Assembly: GCA_035629025.1 (NCBI GenBank)
Contig: DASPIU010000059.1
Span: 93,299-157,298, forward strand
Source: Stenotrophomonas sp.
GTDB taxonomy: Bacteria; Pseudomonadota; Gammaproteobacteria; Xanthomonadales; Xanthomonadaceae
Direction of reading: 5' to 3'
DNA length: 64,000 bases
A model generated the notes under the pieces. It was not told the origin of the DNA. It saw only the letters and a program-made list of their open reading frames with translations, and did no database searches. Below, piece after piece: positions 54,101 through 62,350 of the stretch. Each line of letters begins with the position of its first letter. Position 1 is the stretch's first letter. The translations under genes and the position numbers were made by a program.

Positions 54101-54931
54101 GGCGATGCCGGGCGCCTGCAGCAAGTGCTGGTGAACCTGCTCGGCAATGCGATCAAGTTCACCCCGGCCGGCGGCAAGGTCGAACTGGAGATGGCCGCGG
54201 CGCCCGATCACCTGCGCCTGTCGGTGCATGACACCGGCGCCGGTATTGCCCCGGATTTCCTGCCGCATGTGTTCGACCGCTTCCGCCAGGCCGATGCCAG
54301 CACCACGCGCCGCGTGGGCGGCCTCGGCCTGGGGCTGTCGATCTCGCGCCAGCTCATCGACCTGCATGGCGGCTGGCTCGGTGCCAGCAGCGCCGGTCAC
54401 GGATTGGGCGCGACCTTTACCTTGGTGCTGCCGCGCCAGCACGGCGTCAGCCCGCCGCGCACGCAGGACCCGGTCAATGGCAAGGTCGGCCCGCTGCCGC
54501 AGGAAATGGCCGGCCGCCTGCGCGGCGTGAGCCTGTTGCTGGTGGATGACGATGACGATTCGCGCGATGCCGCCGAGCATTTCCTGCGCCATGCCGGCGC
54601 GCACGTGACCGCGGCCAACTCCGCCGATACCGCCGAGCAGCTGTTGCGCCAGCAGGCGTTCGATGCGCTGATCAGCGACATCGCCATGCCCGGCCGCGAT
54701 GGGTACGACCTGATCCAGGCCGTACGCGCCAGCGTGCAGGTGCGCCAGCCGCGGATTCCGGCCATCGCGCTGACCGCCTACGTGCGCGAGGAGGATCGCG
54801 AGAAGGCGTTGCGTGCCGGCTTCGACGGGCACATGGGCAAGCCGCTGGACCCGCTCGGGCTGGTGGAGCTGGTCGAGGCGCTGTCGCGGCGGAATGGGGA
54901 GTCGGTTGAGGGGCGGACGGCGATGGTTTGA
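51137..54931 (+). CDS. Large hybrid sensor histidine kinase (PAS-GAF-PAS-PAS-GAF-HisKA-HATPase-REC)
   Basis: ATG 51137 behind GGGGAG. Several PAS S-box stretches (e.g. RYDGQYRWHLARALPV, RHDGEYRWCMDTATA) and two GAF-like blocks. H-box FLATLSHELRTPLNAILGW. DTGAGI and GGLGLGLSISRQL. C-terminal receiver LLLVDDDDDSRD...SDIAMPGRDG...GHMGKP. No TM segment is seen. Confidence 0.88.
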   Translation: METTAPVIPTGTAAGASPWWPAPSPRLEEIWGPQAHWPPALRSALSLCLHSQLPSLLVWGPGLTCVYNDAAAGLLGASHPAAFGVPLAELDGPLRAELCAALSRLDPAFAVRLPSPTHTSPGAWTCSPLFDEAGTAGALCVRNHPVRAPHVAAFEEAPAFLAVLRGPDYVIESANQRMKQLLGRRDILDRPLHAALPEVVDQGVIKLLDHVRRSGEPFVGQAIRLTLERPFEEEPYESVLDFVYQPMRDDNGAVDAILVHGIDVTQQRHAEERDRFLLALEDSLLDLSEPQQILDTSMRLLCRQLRASRAGYSLVDMERRTMRVLSDHVEGLPSLRGEYALDAVAEGFLDALLDNRPWIVRDTHSAQSPVYLSEDYRSHGIRATLAVPLHKNGQLVAVMGVHQSKPRRWSSQEVDLVRLVVARCWESLQRGKAQRQLATNEARLRRLADALPQIIFIADTQGVARFFNSRWHEYTGCDPNADARQGWDTAHTDAGLRQAAQAWRKALGEGDGFELECELRRYDGQYRWHLARALPVREDDGRVSQWIGTYTDIHDRRSVEERLTESEARFRKLCETVPAMIWMSDAQGNCVYWNPRWTEFTGQSNADAVAGGWWDVVHPDDLARVRHGFLQALDERRAFGAEYRVRRHDGEYRWCMDTATAHFGVDGTFLGHIGSLMDISERKRIEDATASERSILGLITTGAPLPMVLDSIALSVEARGERSLRCSILLANPEQTLLRCASAPSLPLEYAVRFDGLAITADGTPCGRAAHQGHQVICEDIAADASWGEHRTHALAMGIAACYVTPILGSNGVVLGTLAMYYRTPYLPTLHEQAMARSASHLAGIVIERNRIDAQLKASLKAQTDARNEAETASRIKDDFLATLSHELRTPLNAILGWSRLMQTESFAPENIGKGLVIIERSARSQAQIIDDLLDMSAILSGKVRLQPEHFDIGGLARSTIDLMRPTAAAKQVDLRVRGLEDGAAPFFGDAGRLQQVLVNLLGNAIKFTPAGGKVELEMAAAPDHLRLSVHDTGAGIAPDFLPHVFDRFRQADASTTRRVGGLGLGLSISRQLIDLHGGWLGASSAGHGLGATFTLVLPRQHGVSPPRTQDPVNGKVGPLPQEMAGRLRGVSLLLVDDDDDSRDAAEHFLRHAGAHVTAANSADTAEQLLRQQAFDALISDIAMPGRDGYDLIQAVRASVQVRQPRIPAIALTAYVREEDREKALRAGFDGHMGKPLDPLGLVELVEALSRRNGESVEGRTAMV

Positions 54932-54950
54932 GGGGCGCCGTCGCTGTGTC

Positions 54951-54990
54951 GTGTCGGGGCTGAAGCCCCTCCTACAAGACCCTCCTACGA
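54951..54990. repeat. REP-like GTAG-terminated palindromic element (SMAG-like), one full unit plus one partial
   Basis: The - strand reads GTAGGAGGGtcttGTAGGAGGGGCTTCAGCCCCGACAC. The hairpin is GGGGC-ttca-GCCCC. It lies in the convergent gap between the hybrid kinase and tex. Confidence 0.55.
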
Positions 54991-55010
54991 GCCCCTCCCG
55001 CAAGCCTGTT

Positions 55011-57389
55011 CTACAGTTTGCGGGCCCGTGCGAAGGCATCGGCCAGGGCGCTGTTGGCCGGGGCCGGTGCATTGTTCGGGCGCGGCTTGGCCGCGTTGCC
55101 GCCACCGCCGCCCGCGCCACGACCGCCTTGGCTGCGACCGCCTGTGCGTTCTCCGCTCGGCGCGCTGCGTGCATCACGCGCGGCCGGTGCCGGCGTGTCT
55201 TCGAGGCGCCGGGTAAGGGCGATGCGCTTGCGCGCCACGTCCACCTCCAGCACCTTCACCTTGACGATGTCGCCGGCCTTGACCACATCGCGCGGATCCT
55301 TGACGTAGGTATCGGCCAGCGCCGAGATGTGGATCAGCCCGTCCTGGTGCACGCCGATATCGACGAACGCGCCAAACGCGGCCACGTTGCTGACCACGCC
55401 TTCGAGCACCATGCCCGGGCGCAGGTCCTTGATGTCCTCCACGCCTTCGGCAAAGCGCGCGGCCTTGAATTCGGGGCGCGGATCGCGGCCGGGCTTTTCC
55501 AGTTCCTTGAGGATGTCGCGTACGGTCGGCACGCCGAATTGCTCGTCGGTGTACTGCTCGGGACGCAAGCCGCGCAGGAAGCTGCCGTCACCCAGCAGCG
55601 CCTTGATCGGCTTGCCCGTGCCCTGCACGATGCGCTCGACCACCGGATAGGCTTCGGGGTGCACAGCCGAGGCGTCGAGCGGCTCGTCGCCGTCGGCAAT
55701 GCGCAGGAAGCCGGCGCATTGCTCGAAGGTCTTCTCGCCCAGGCGCGGCACCTTCAGCAGTTCCTTGCGGCGCTTGAACGGCCCGTTCTCGTCGCGATGG
55801 CGCACGATGTTCTCGGCCACCGTCGAGGACAACCCCGACACCCGCGCCAGCAGGGCCGCCGAAGCGGTGTTGACGTAGACGCCAACCGCGTTCACGCAGT
55901 CCTCGACCCGCGCTTCCAGCGCGCGCGCCAGGCGGAACTGGTCCACGTCATGCTGGTACTGGCCCACGCCAATGGCCTTGGGCTCGATCTTCACCAGCTC
56001 GGCCAGCGGGTCCTGCAGGCGCCGCGCGATCGACACCGCACCGCGCAGCGACACGTCGAGATTCGGGAACTCCTTCGCCGCGAACTCCGACGCCGAATAC
56101 ACCGAAGCACCGGCCTCACTGACCACGATCTTCTGCAGCTTGGTCTCCGGCAAAGACTGGATCACCTCACCGGCAAGCTTGTCGGTCTCGCGACTGGCGG
56201 TGCCATTGCCGATTGCGATCAACTCCACGCCATGCTGCACGCACAGCTTGCGCAGGATCGCCAGCGACTGCTCCCACTGCCGCTTGGGTTCATGCGGGTA
56301 GATGGTCTCGGTTGCCACCAGCTTGCCGGTCGCATCGACGACGGCGACCTTGCAGCCGGTGCGGATGCCGGGATCCAGGCCGAGCACGGTGCGCGGGCCG
56401 GCGGGCGCGGCCAGCAGCAGGTCCTTGAGGTTGTCGCCGAACACGGCGATCGCCTCGGCCTCGGCCTTCTCGCGCGCCTGGTTGAACAGGTCCAGCAGCA
56501 GATGCATGTGCAGCTTGGCGCGCCAGGTCAGGCGGCAAGCGGCCAGCAGCCAGGCGTCGGCCGGGCGGCCGCGCTCGGCGACGCCGGCAGCCAGGGCCAC
56601 GCGGCCTTCGCAATACTGGTGCCCGGCTTCGGCATCGTTGCCCGGGTCCAGGTCCAGGAACAGGATTTCCTCGCGACGGGCACGGAACAGCGCCAGCAGG
56701 CGGTGCGAGGGAATCTTCGCCAGCGCTTCGGCGTGCTCGAAATAATCGCGGTACTTGGCGCCGGCCTCTTCCTTGCCTTCGGCCACGCGCGCGCGGATCA
56801 CGCCGTGCTCGCCCAGCCATTGCCGCAGTTCACCGACCAGGGCCGCGTCCTCGCCCCAACGCTCCATCAGGATCGCGCGCGCGCCTTCCAGCGCGGCCTT
56901 GGCATCGGCCACGCCCTTGTCGGCATCGACAAAAGCGGCGGCGAAGGTCTCCGGCACCAGGGTCGGATCGGCAAGCAGGCCATCGGCCAGCGGCTCCAGC
57001 CCGGCCTCGCGCGCGATCTGGGCGCGCGTGCGGCGCTTGGGCTTGTACGGCAGGTACAGGTCTTCCAGACGCGACTTGGTGTCGGCCGCGGCGATTTCCG
57101 CGCGCAGCTCATCGCTGAGCTTGCCTTGTTCGTCGATGCTCGCCAGCACCGCGGCGCGACGATCCTCCAGCTCGCGCAGGTAGGTCAGCCGCACTTCCAG
57201 GTTGCGCAGCTGGGTGTCGTCCAGGCCGCCGGTGACTTCCTTGCGGTAGCGCGCGATGAACGGAACGCTGGCGCCTTCATCGAGCAGGGCGATGGCGGCG
57301 CGGGCCTGCGCGGCCTGTGCGCCGATCTCCTCGGCAATGGTCTGGGCAATGTGCTGGGCGAGCCGGGGATCGGACTTGGCGTCTTGCAT
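55011..57389 (-). CDS. tex: Tex / YhgF transcription accessory protein with C-terminal S1 domain
   Basis: 792 aa. [19 protein letters not shown], YqgF/RuvC-like and HhH blocks, and C-terminal S1 [31 protein letters not shown]. Confidence 0.92.
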   Translation of the reverse strand: MQDAKSDPRLAQHIAQTIAEEIGAQAAQARAAIALLDEGASVPFIARYRKEVTGGLDDTQLRNLEVRLTYLRELEDRRAAVLASIDEQGKLSDELRAEIAAADTKSRLEDLYLPYKPKRRTRAQIAREAGLEPLADGLLADPTLVPETFAAAFVDADKGVADAKAALEGARAILMERWGEDAALVGELRQWLGEHGVIRARVAEGKEEAGAKYRDYFEHAEALAKIPSHRLLALFRARREEILFLDLDPGNDAEAGHQYCEGRVALAAGVAERGRPADAWLLAACRLTWRAKLHMHLLLDLFNQAREKAEAEAIAVFGDNLKDLLLAAPAGPRTVLGLDPGIRTGCKVAVVDATGKLVATETIYPHEPKRQWEQSLAILRKLCVQHGVELIAIGNGTASRETDKLAGEVIQSLPETKLQKIVVSEAGASVYSASEFAAKEFPNLDVSLRGAVSIARRLQDPLAELVKIEPKAIGVGQYQHDVDQFRLARALEARVEDCVNAVGVYVNTASAALLARVSGLSSTVAENIVRHRDENGPFKRRKELLKVPRLGEKTFEQCAGFLRIADGDEPLDASAVHPEAYPVVERIVQGTGKPIKALLGDGSFLRGLRPEQYTDEQFGVPTVRDILKELEKPGRDPRPEFKAARFAEGVEDIKDLRPGMVLEGVVSNVAAFGAFVDIGVHQDGLIHISALADTYVKDPRDVVKAGDIVKVKVLEVDVARKRIALTRRLEDTPAPAARDARSAPSGERTGGRSQGGRGAGGGGGNAAKPRPNNAPAPANSALADAFARARKL

Positions 57390-57461
57390 GCGTTGGGCGG
57401 TACTGCAGCTACGGGAGGCGGCATTCTGGCAGCGCCCGGCCCGCCCGGAAACCCGTTGACA

Positions 57462-57489
57462 GCACCGCCGGAAAGACCTCCGGCGGTGC
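57462..57489 (-). terminator. 11-bp hairpin just after the 73-aa ORF
   Basis: GCACCGCCGGA-aagacc-TCCGGCGGTGC begins 6 nt after the stop at 57495. There is no clean U-tract. Confidence 0.35.
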
Positions 57490-57494
57490 GCTGA

Positions 57495-57716
57495 TCAGCT
57501 GCGTGCGTAATGGTCGGCCAGACGCGCGGCCACCAGCGTGTCCTGCAAGGACTCCAGGGCCATGACCCGCACCTTGCCGACGTGGTCGAGCGAAAGCACA
57601 CGCTCGGCATAGAACTCCGGACCTTCCTCGGTCATCGCCATCGAGCGGCTGAAGCCGTAGGGCACCAGGCCCTTTTCGCCATCCTTGCTGCCACCGACAT
57701 AGAGGAGGATCGACAT
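57495..57716 (-). CDS. Small hypothetical protein (73 aa)
   Basis: MSILLYVGGSKDGEKGLVPYGF... GC3 is high and codon use is consistent. I recognise no motif. Confidence 0.45.
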   Translation of the reverse strand: MSILLYVGGSKDGEKGLVPYGFSRSMAMTEEGPEFYAERVLSLDHVGKVRVMALESLQDTLVAARLADHYARS

Positions 57717-57881
57717 GTTTCACCTTGTTGCGACTGCTGGAACCGGGCGCAGCTTACGCAGGTGCGCGTTAGGGCCTTCTCCACGCAAGTTAACCGCAGC
57801 TGTTTGCGGTTCGATGACGCTGCATCGGCCTATCGCTTTACTCACTGCCGCTTAACGCCAGTGAGCAACGGAGCGCCTAGG

Positions 57882-58364
57882 TCAGCTGTGGTGCGCACTG
57901 CGCCATTGCGGCCACCAACCCTTGCCGTGCATGGCGTAGTGGTCCGCGGCACGCTCGAACGGGTTGCGCACGCTGACCCCGCCGCAGGCCAGATAGACCG
58001 GAATGAACAGCGGGCCGAGCAACAGATACTGGTACACATGGGCACGTTCGTGATCGCCCAGGCGCACGCTCGGATGGGTGCAATGACCGGCGCGGTGCGC
58101 ATAGGTCGAGCACGGCACATCCAGCGAGGTGCCCTTGAGCAGGATCACATTGCCCAGGGTCATTGCGCCGCCCGGCCCCCACGGCCAGGCTTCAAAGACC
58201 AGGGCCAGCTCGCGGCGATGCCAGCGCAGGCGCGCGCCCGCGGCGCAGCCGGCCAGGCCAGCGAGCAGCCCGGCAAGCGTATTGGGCAGGGTCCACAGCG
58301 CGCCAAGCAGTTGCAGGGCGCGCACGGCCGCGATCAATCGGCCTCGTTGGGGATCAGCAGCCAC
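57882..58364 (-). CDS. Small membrane protein with an HExxH motif
   Basis: Hydrophobic N-terminal and C-terminal segments, with HERAH in LGDHERAHVYQYLLLGPLF. The track start is GTG 58364. TTG 58338 would give a TTGA overlap with the PspC-domain gene stop. Confidence 0.45.
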   Translation of the reverse strand: MAADPQRGRLIAAVRALQLLGALWTLPNTLAGLLAGLAGCAAGARLRWHRRELALVFEAWPWGPGGAMTLGNVILLKGTSLDVPCSTYAHRAGHCTHPSVRLGDHERAHVYQYLLLGPLFIPVYLACGGVSVRNPFERAADHYAMHGKGWWPQWRSAHHS

Positions 58365-58537
58365 AGCAGCAGGTAGACCAGCAGGCCCGGGAAGGCCGCC
58401 GAGGCGATCGAGACGATCACGTAGATCACCCGCAGCAGCGTCGAGCTCCAGCCGAACCGGTGCGCGATGCCGCCGATGACCCCGGCGATCATGCGGTCAT
58501 TGAGCGAACGGGATAGCGTGCGCGGTGGCTGGCTCAT
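58334..58537 (-). CDS. PspC-domain small membrane protein
   Basis: 67 aa from ATG 58537. LSRSLNDRMIAGVIGGIAHRFGWSSTLLRVIYVIVSI is a canonical PspC domain with one TM helix. Confidence 0.75.
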   Translation of the reverse strand: MSQPPRTLSRSLNDRMIAGVIGGIAHRFGWSSTLLRVIYVIVSIASAAFPGLLVYLLLWLLIPNEAD

Positions 58538-58580
58538 GCATCGGCTCCTGAATCCGGTATGGCAGCCAATATAGTCCGCT

Positions 58581-59684
58581 TCACGCGCGGGAGTGCCGGC
58601 GCCGGCGCGCGCCGCTGACGTCGTGCGCGCGCAGCCACTGGTGGATCGCCGCCGGCACCTCGCGCTGCGCGCGGCCGGACACGTAGATGCCGATGTGCCC
58701 GCCACGGAAGCCCAGCTCGCTGTAGTCGGCACTGCCGATGTGCCTGGCCAGCGCGCGCGAGGAGGCCGGCGGCACCAGGTGATCCTGCTCGGCGTAGATG
58801 TTGAGCACCGGCATGGTCACGGCGGCAAGATCCACCGGCTCGCCACCGATCACGATGCCACCTTCCACCAGCCCATTGCGCTGGTAGAACTGCTTGGCAA
58901 ATTCGCGGAACGCCTCGCCGGCCAGGTCCGGCGAATCGAAAATCCACTTTTCCATGCGCAGGAAATCTTCCAGCGCCTGCTTGTCGTCGAGGATGTCGAG
59001 CAGCCCGACGTACTTCTGCAGGTTCAACCGGAACGGCTTGAGCATGAGGTAGCTGGCATTCATCAGGTCTGCCGGGACATTGCCGACCGTATCCACCAGC
59101 AAGTCCACGTCCAGCGTGCGTGCCCAGCTGGAGAGCATGTTGTCCGGGGTGTGGAAGTCCACCGGCGTCACCATCGTCACCAGGTTGCGCACCTTGTGTG
59201 GACGCAGCGCGGCATAGCACAGCGAGAAGGTACCGCCCTGGCACACGCCGAGCACGTCGATGGCCGGCACGCCGGCGCGCGCGCACAGCGCATCGACGGC
59301 GCCGTCAATGAAACGCAGCAGGTAGTCTTCCAGGGTGAGATAGCGCTCGGAGCGGTCGGGGTAGCCCCAATCCAGCACGTAGACGTCCTCGCCTTGCGCC
59401 AGCAGGCCGCGCACCAGCGAGCGGTCGGCCTGCAGGTCGACCATGTACGGGCGGTTGACCAGGGCGTAGACGATGAGCAACGGCACGCGCGCGGTCGGCG
59501 GCTGTTCGCCGACGAAGCGGTACAGCACCACGCGGCCGTCGCGCCACACTTCCTCGCGGGCGGTCGCGCCATAGTCCACCTCTTCCACCCCGGGCAGGAT
59601 CTTCAGGCCCTCGGCAAGCTTGCGCTGCAGGGCGATGGTTTCCTGCATCAGGTCGTCCAGGTTGAAGCCGAGCGGACCTTTCAC
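58581..59684 (-). CDS. phaC: Class III poly(3-hydroxyalkanoate) synthase, PhaC subunit
   Basis: 367 aa (class III size). Lipase-box GVCQGG, with conserved YALVNRPYMVDL and LDWGYP. Confidence 0.9.
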   Translation of the reverse strand: MKGPLGFNLDDLMQETIALQRKLAEGLKILPGVEEVDYGATAREEVWRDGRVVLYRFVGEQPPTARVPLLIVYALVNRPYMVDLQADRSLVRGLLAQGEDVYVLDWGYPDRSERYLTLEDYLLRFIDGAVDALCARAGVPAIDVLGVCQGGTFSLCYAALRPHKVRNLVTMVTPVDFHTPDNMLSSWARTLDVDLLVDTVGNVPADLMNASYLMLKPFRLNLQKYVGLLDILDDKQALEDFLRMEKWIFDSPDLAGEAFREFAKQFYQRNGLVEGGIVIGGEPVDLAAVTMPVLNIYAEQDHLVPPASSRALARHIGSADYSELGFRGGHIGIYVSGRAQREVPAAIHQWLRAHDVSGARRRRHSRA

Positions 59685-60736
59685 TGCGGCTTCCTGGGTG
59701 CGCGCGGCTGTGCGCTCTTCGCACGCGGCTTGGCCTGCTGCGCAGCGGGCCTGGCGGCCTTTGGCGCGGCAGCGGGCTTGTCTGGCCGTGTTTGCGATGG
59801 CGATGGGCCAGGCGAACGCGCCGTCGCCGCGACCAGCCGGCGCACCGTGCGTTCAAGTTCGGCAATGCGCTTGTGCGCGGCGTCCATCTCCGAGCGCGTC
59901 GGCATGCCGTACTGGCTGGCGACCTGCTCCACCTCGCCCTGCAACGCCGCACGCAGGCGCATGTGGGCGTTGGCGAAGGCGCCATAGATGTCGCGGAATT
60001 CCTCGGACAGCGCAATCGCCGAATACGCCTCCTCGGCCGCTTCGATCCACAGGTCGAACAGCGCGCGCGCACTGGTCAGCTTGCTGCCCAGCGCCTCATG
60101 CTCGGCCAGTTTGGTTTCAAAGCGGTCGAAGGCCTGCTCCAGCGCCTCGCGCAGTTGCTGCAGGTAGGCCTGCGAGCGCGCCTGGTAGTCCTGCTGCAGG
60201 CGGGCCATCGCCTGCCAGCGCGAATGATGGTTGCGGCCCAGGCCAAACGCCGGCATGTCCAGCCACGGCGCGCTGTTGCGCTGCCATTGCCCGAGCAATT
60301 GCGCCGCCTGCTCCAGCCACGGATCGAAGCCGCCGGCGGCGCCACCACGCAGGCTCCCCAGCACCCAATGCAGCATGCCGTCGCCCTGCGCCTTGACCGC
60401 GTTGCGCCAGGCATCGGCGACTTCGGCGCTGCTGGTATCGCGGCCGGCAAAGCGCGCGGCCACGTCCTGCATCAGCGCGAGCCAGTCGGCGGCCTGGCCG
60501 CTGGCGCGATCAACCGGCGCCTGCGCATCGGCGGGCACACCTTCGCCGAGCACCGAGCGCCACCAGCCCAGGGCCTGCGACCATTCTGCGCCGGCACCAC
60601 TGCCCTCGCCTGCCGCGCCCTGGCCGGGCACCGGACCACCGCCGGCACCCTGTTGCAGGGATTGGCTCCAGGCTTCCCAGTAGCGGCGCGACTGCGCCTG
60701 GAAGTCCTGGGCCGGATCATCGCCATTGGCCGTCAT
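59681..60736 (-). CDS. phaE: Class III PHA synthase, PhaE subunit
   Basis: ATGA overlap with phaC. The PhaE-like box is WLDMPAFGLGRNHHSRWQ, and the C-terminal tail is basic and Ala/Pro-rich. Confidence 0.78.
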   Translation of the reverse strand: MTANGDDPAQDFQAQSRRYWEAWSQSLQQGAGGGPVPGQGAAGEGSGAGAEWSQALGWWRSVLGEGVPADAQAPVDRASGQAADWLALMQDVAARFAGRDTSSAEVADAWRNAVKAQGDGMLHWVLGSLRGGAAGGFDPWLEQAAQLLGQWQRNSAPWLDMPAFGLGRNHHSRWQAMARLQQDYQARSQAYLQQLREALEQAFDRFETKLAEHEALGSKLTSARALFDLWIEAAEEAYSAIALSEEFRDIYGAFANAHMRLRAALQGEVEQVASQYGMPTRSEMDAAHKRIAELERTVRRLVAATARSPGPSPSQTRPDKPAAAPKAARPAAQQAKPRAKSAQPRAPRKPQ

Positions 60737-60749
60737 GTCCGCCTCCTCA

Positions 60750-61364
60750 TCACGGCTTGGGGATGCGCAGGGTCTTGCTGATCATCAGCGAGCCCGACAA
60801 GGCGTACAGCAGCACCAGCGGATGCAGCAGCCACGGGCCGATGCGCCACTGGCCCCACCACAGTTCCTCGCCGATGCGGCCGCTCGCGGCGGCCACCACC
60901 AGGACAATCACCAGGATCAGGCTGGTCGGGATCGGCGTGCCCTCGAAATACGGCACCTTGTCGTCGGCGCCGGCAATCTGCTCGGCGGTGACGTTGTAGC
61001 GCGCCAGGCGGCTGACGCCGCAGCACACGAAATAGCTCAGCACCAGCCAATCCCAGCCGCCCTGCAGGCCGCAGGCGTAACCGAGCGCGGCGGGCGCCAC
61101 GCCGAAGGAGATCACGTCGGCCAGCGAATCGAGCTCGCGCCCCAACGTGGAGGAAGACTTGCGCCAGCGCGCGATGCGGCCGTCGAGTGCGTCGAAGATG
61201 AAGGCCAACGGGATCAGCGCCATGCCAAACAACAGGTCGCCGCGATGGCCCTCCTGCAGGAAGCGCATGGCGGCGAAGATCGCGCCGGTGCCACAGAAGG
61301 CGTTGGCCAGGGTGAACCAGTCGGCCAGCTGGAAGTCGCGCAACATCGAGAAGTGGCGTTTCAT
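60750..61364 (-). CDS. pssA: CDP-diacylglycerol--serine O-phosphatidyltransferase (CDP-alcohol transferase family)
   Basis: DALDGRIARWRKSSSTLGRELDSLADVISF matches D-G-x2-A-R-x8-G-x3-D-x3-D. Multiple TM helices. Start ATG 61364. Confidence 0.82.
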   Translation of the reverse strand: MKRHFSMLRDFQLADWFTLANAFCGTGAIFAAMRFLQEGHRGDLLFGMALIPLAFIFDALDGRIARWRKSSSTLGRELDSLADVISFGVAPAALGYACGLQGGWDWLVLSYFVCCGVSRLARYNVTAEQIAGADDKVPYFEGTPIPTSLILVIVLVVAAASGRIGEELWWGQWRIGPWLLHPLVLLYALSGSLMISKTLRIPKP

Positions 61365-61462
61365 GCAAACTCGGGACCGGGACCGACGCACAGGTTAGCG
61401 CGACGAAGGCGCGGCGGCGACCGGTCGCACCTGCCCTTCCCCGCCATCTTCAGGAGGCTTTG

Positions 61463-62221
61463 ATGCATCACGTTCTGATCACCGGTGCCGGCAGCGGCAT
61501 CGGCGCGGGCATTGCCGCGCACCTGGCCCAGGCCGGGCACCATGTGCTGGCCAGCGACCTGGACCTGGGCGCGGCGCAGGCGGTGGCCGCGGACATCAAC
61601 GCGGCGGGCGGGTCGGCGCAGGCACTGGCGCTGGATGTCACCTCCGAAGCCAGCATCACCCAGGCGCTGGCCGGGCTGTCGCGCGGGCCGGACGTACTGG
61701 TCAACAACGCCGGCTTGCAGCACGTGGCGCCACTGGAGGCGTTCCCGATGGAGCGCTGGGAGTTGCTGGTGGAGGTGATGCTGACCGGGGTGGCGCGGCT
61801 GACGCGGGCGGTGCTGCCGGGAATGCGCGAGCGCGGCTTCGGCCGGATCGTCAACATCGGCAGCATCCATTCGCTGGTGGCGAGCCCGTACAAGAGTGCG
61901 TATGTGGCGGCCAAGCACGGGCTGGTGGGGTTTGCCAAGGTGGTGGCGCTGGAGACCGCGGCGCACGACATCACGATCAACACGCTGTGCCCGAGTTACG
62001 TGAAGACACCGCTGGTGGACCGGCAGATCGCCGACCAGGCGCGTGCGCGGGGGATGGCGGAGGACGAGGTGATCGCGAAGGTGATGCTGGCGCCGATGCC
62101 GAAGGGTCGGTTCATCGAGTACGACGAGCTGGCCGGGGCGATCGGGTTCCTGGCCTCGGCGGCGGCGCGCAACATCACCGGGCAGGTGCTGGCGATCGAC
62201 GGGGGCTGGACGGTGCAGTGA
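61463..62221 (+). CDS. bdhA: Short-chain dehydrogenase, 3-hydroxybutyrate dehydrogenase-like
   Basis: AGGAGG RBS and ATG 61463. TGAGSGIG, NNAG, S...YKSAYVAAK, and C-terminal ...ITGQVLAIDGGWTVQ. Confidence 0.8.
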   Translation: MHHVLITGAGSGIGAGIAAHLAQAGHHVLASDLDLGAAQAVAADINAAGGSAQALALDVTSEASITQALAGLSRGPDVLVNNAGLQHVAPLEAFPMERWELLVEVMLTGVARLTRAVLPGMRERGFGRIVNIGSIHSLVASPYKSAYVAAKHGLVGFAKVVALETAAHDITINTLCPSYVKTPLVDRQIADQARARGMAEDEVIAKVMLAPMPKGRFIEYDELAGAIGFLASAAARNITGQVLAIDGGWTVQ

Positions 62222-62304
62222 GGGCGGCCAGATGGGGCCAAAACGATGTGGTCAAAACTTGGCCACCCTACTTGACAGCCAAGGCCGGCACGGGCTCCCG
62301 GCGA

Positions 62305-62339
62305 TTATCCATAACGTTGTCCACATGGGGTGTGGATAG
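62305..62339. promoter_or_regulatory. Cluster of three DnaA-box-like 9-mers
   Basis: TTATCCATA (62305..62313, +), TTGTCCACA (62317..62325, +) and TGTGGATAG, which is CTATCCACA on the - strand (62331..62339). Each is 8/9 to TTATCCACA. They lie in the convergent gap between bdhA and NUDIX. Confidence 0.45.
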
Positions 62340-62350
62340 TCCGGGGGCGC

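Noticed and set aside
52415-55177. 920-aa - strand ORF
   Set aside because: It is a shadow ORF antisense to the hybrid histidine kinase, whose H-, N-, G-box and receiver motifs are unambiguous on the + strand.
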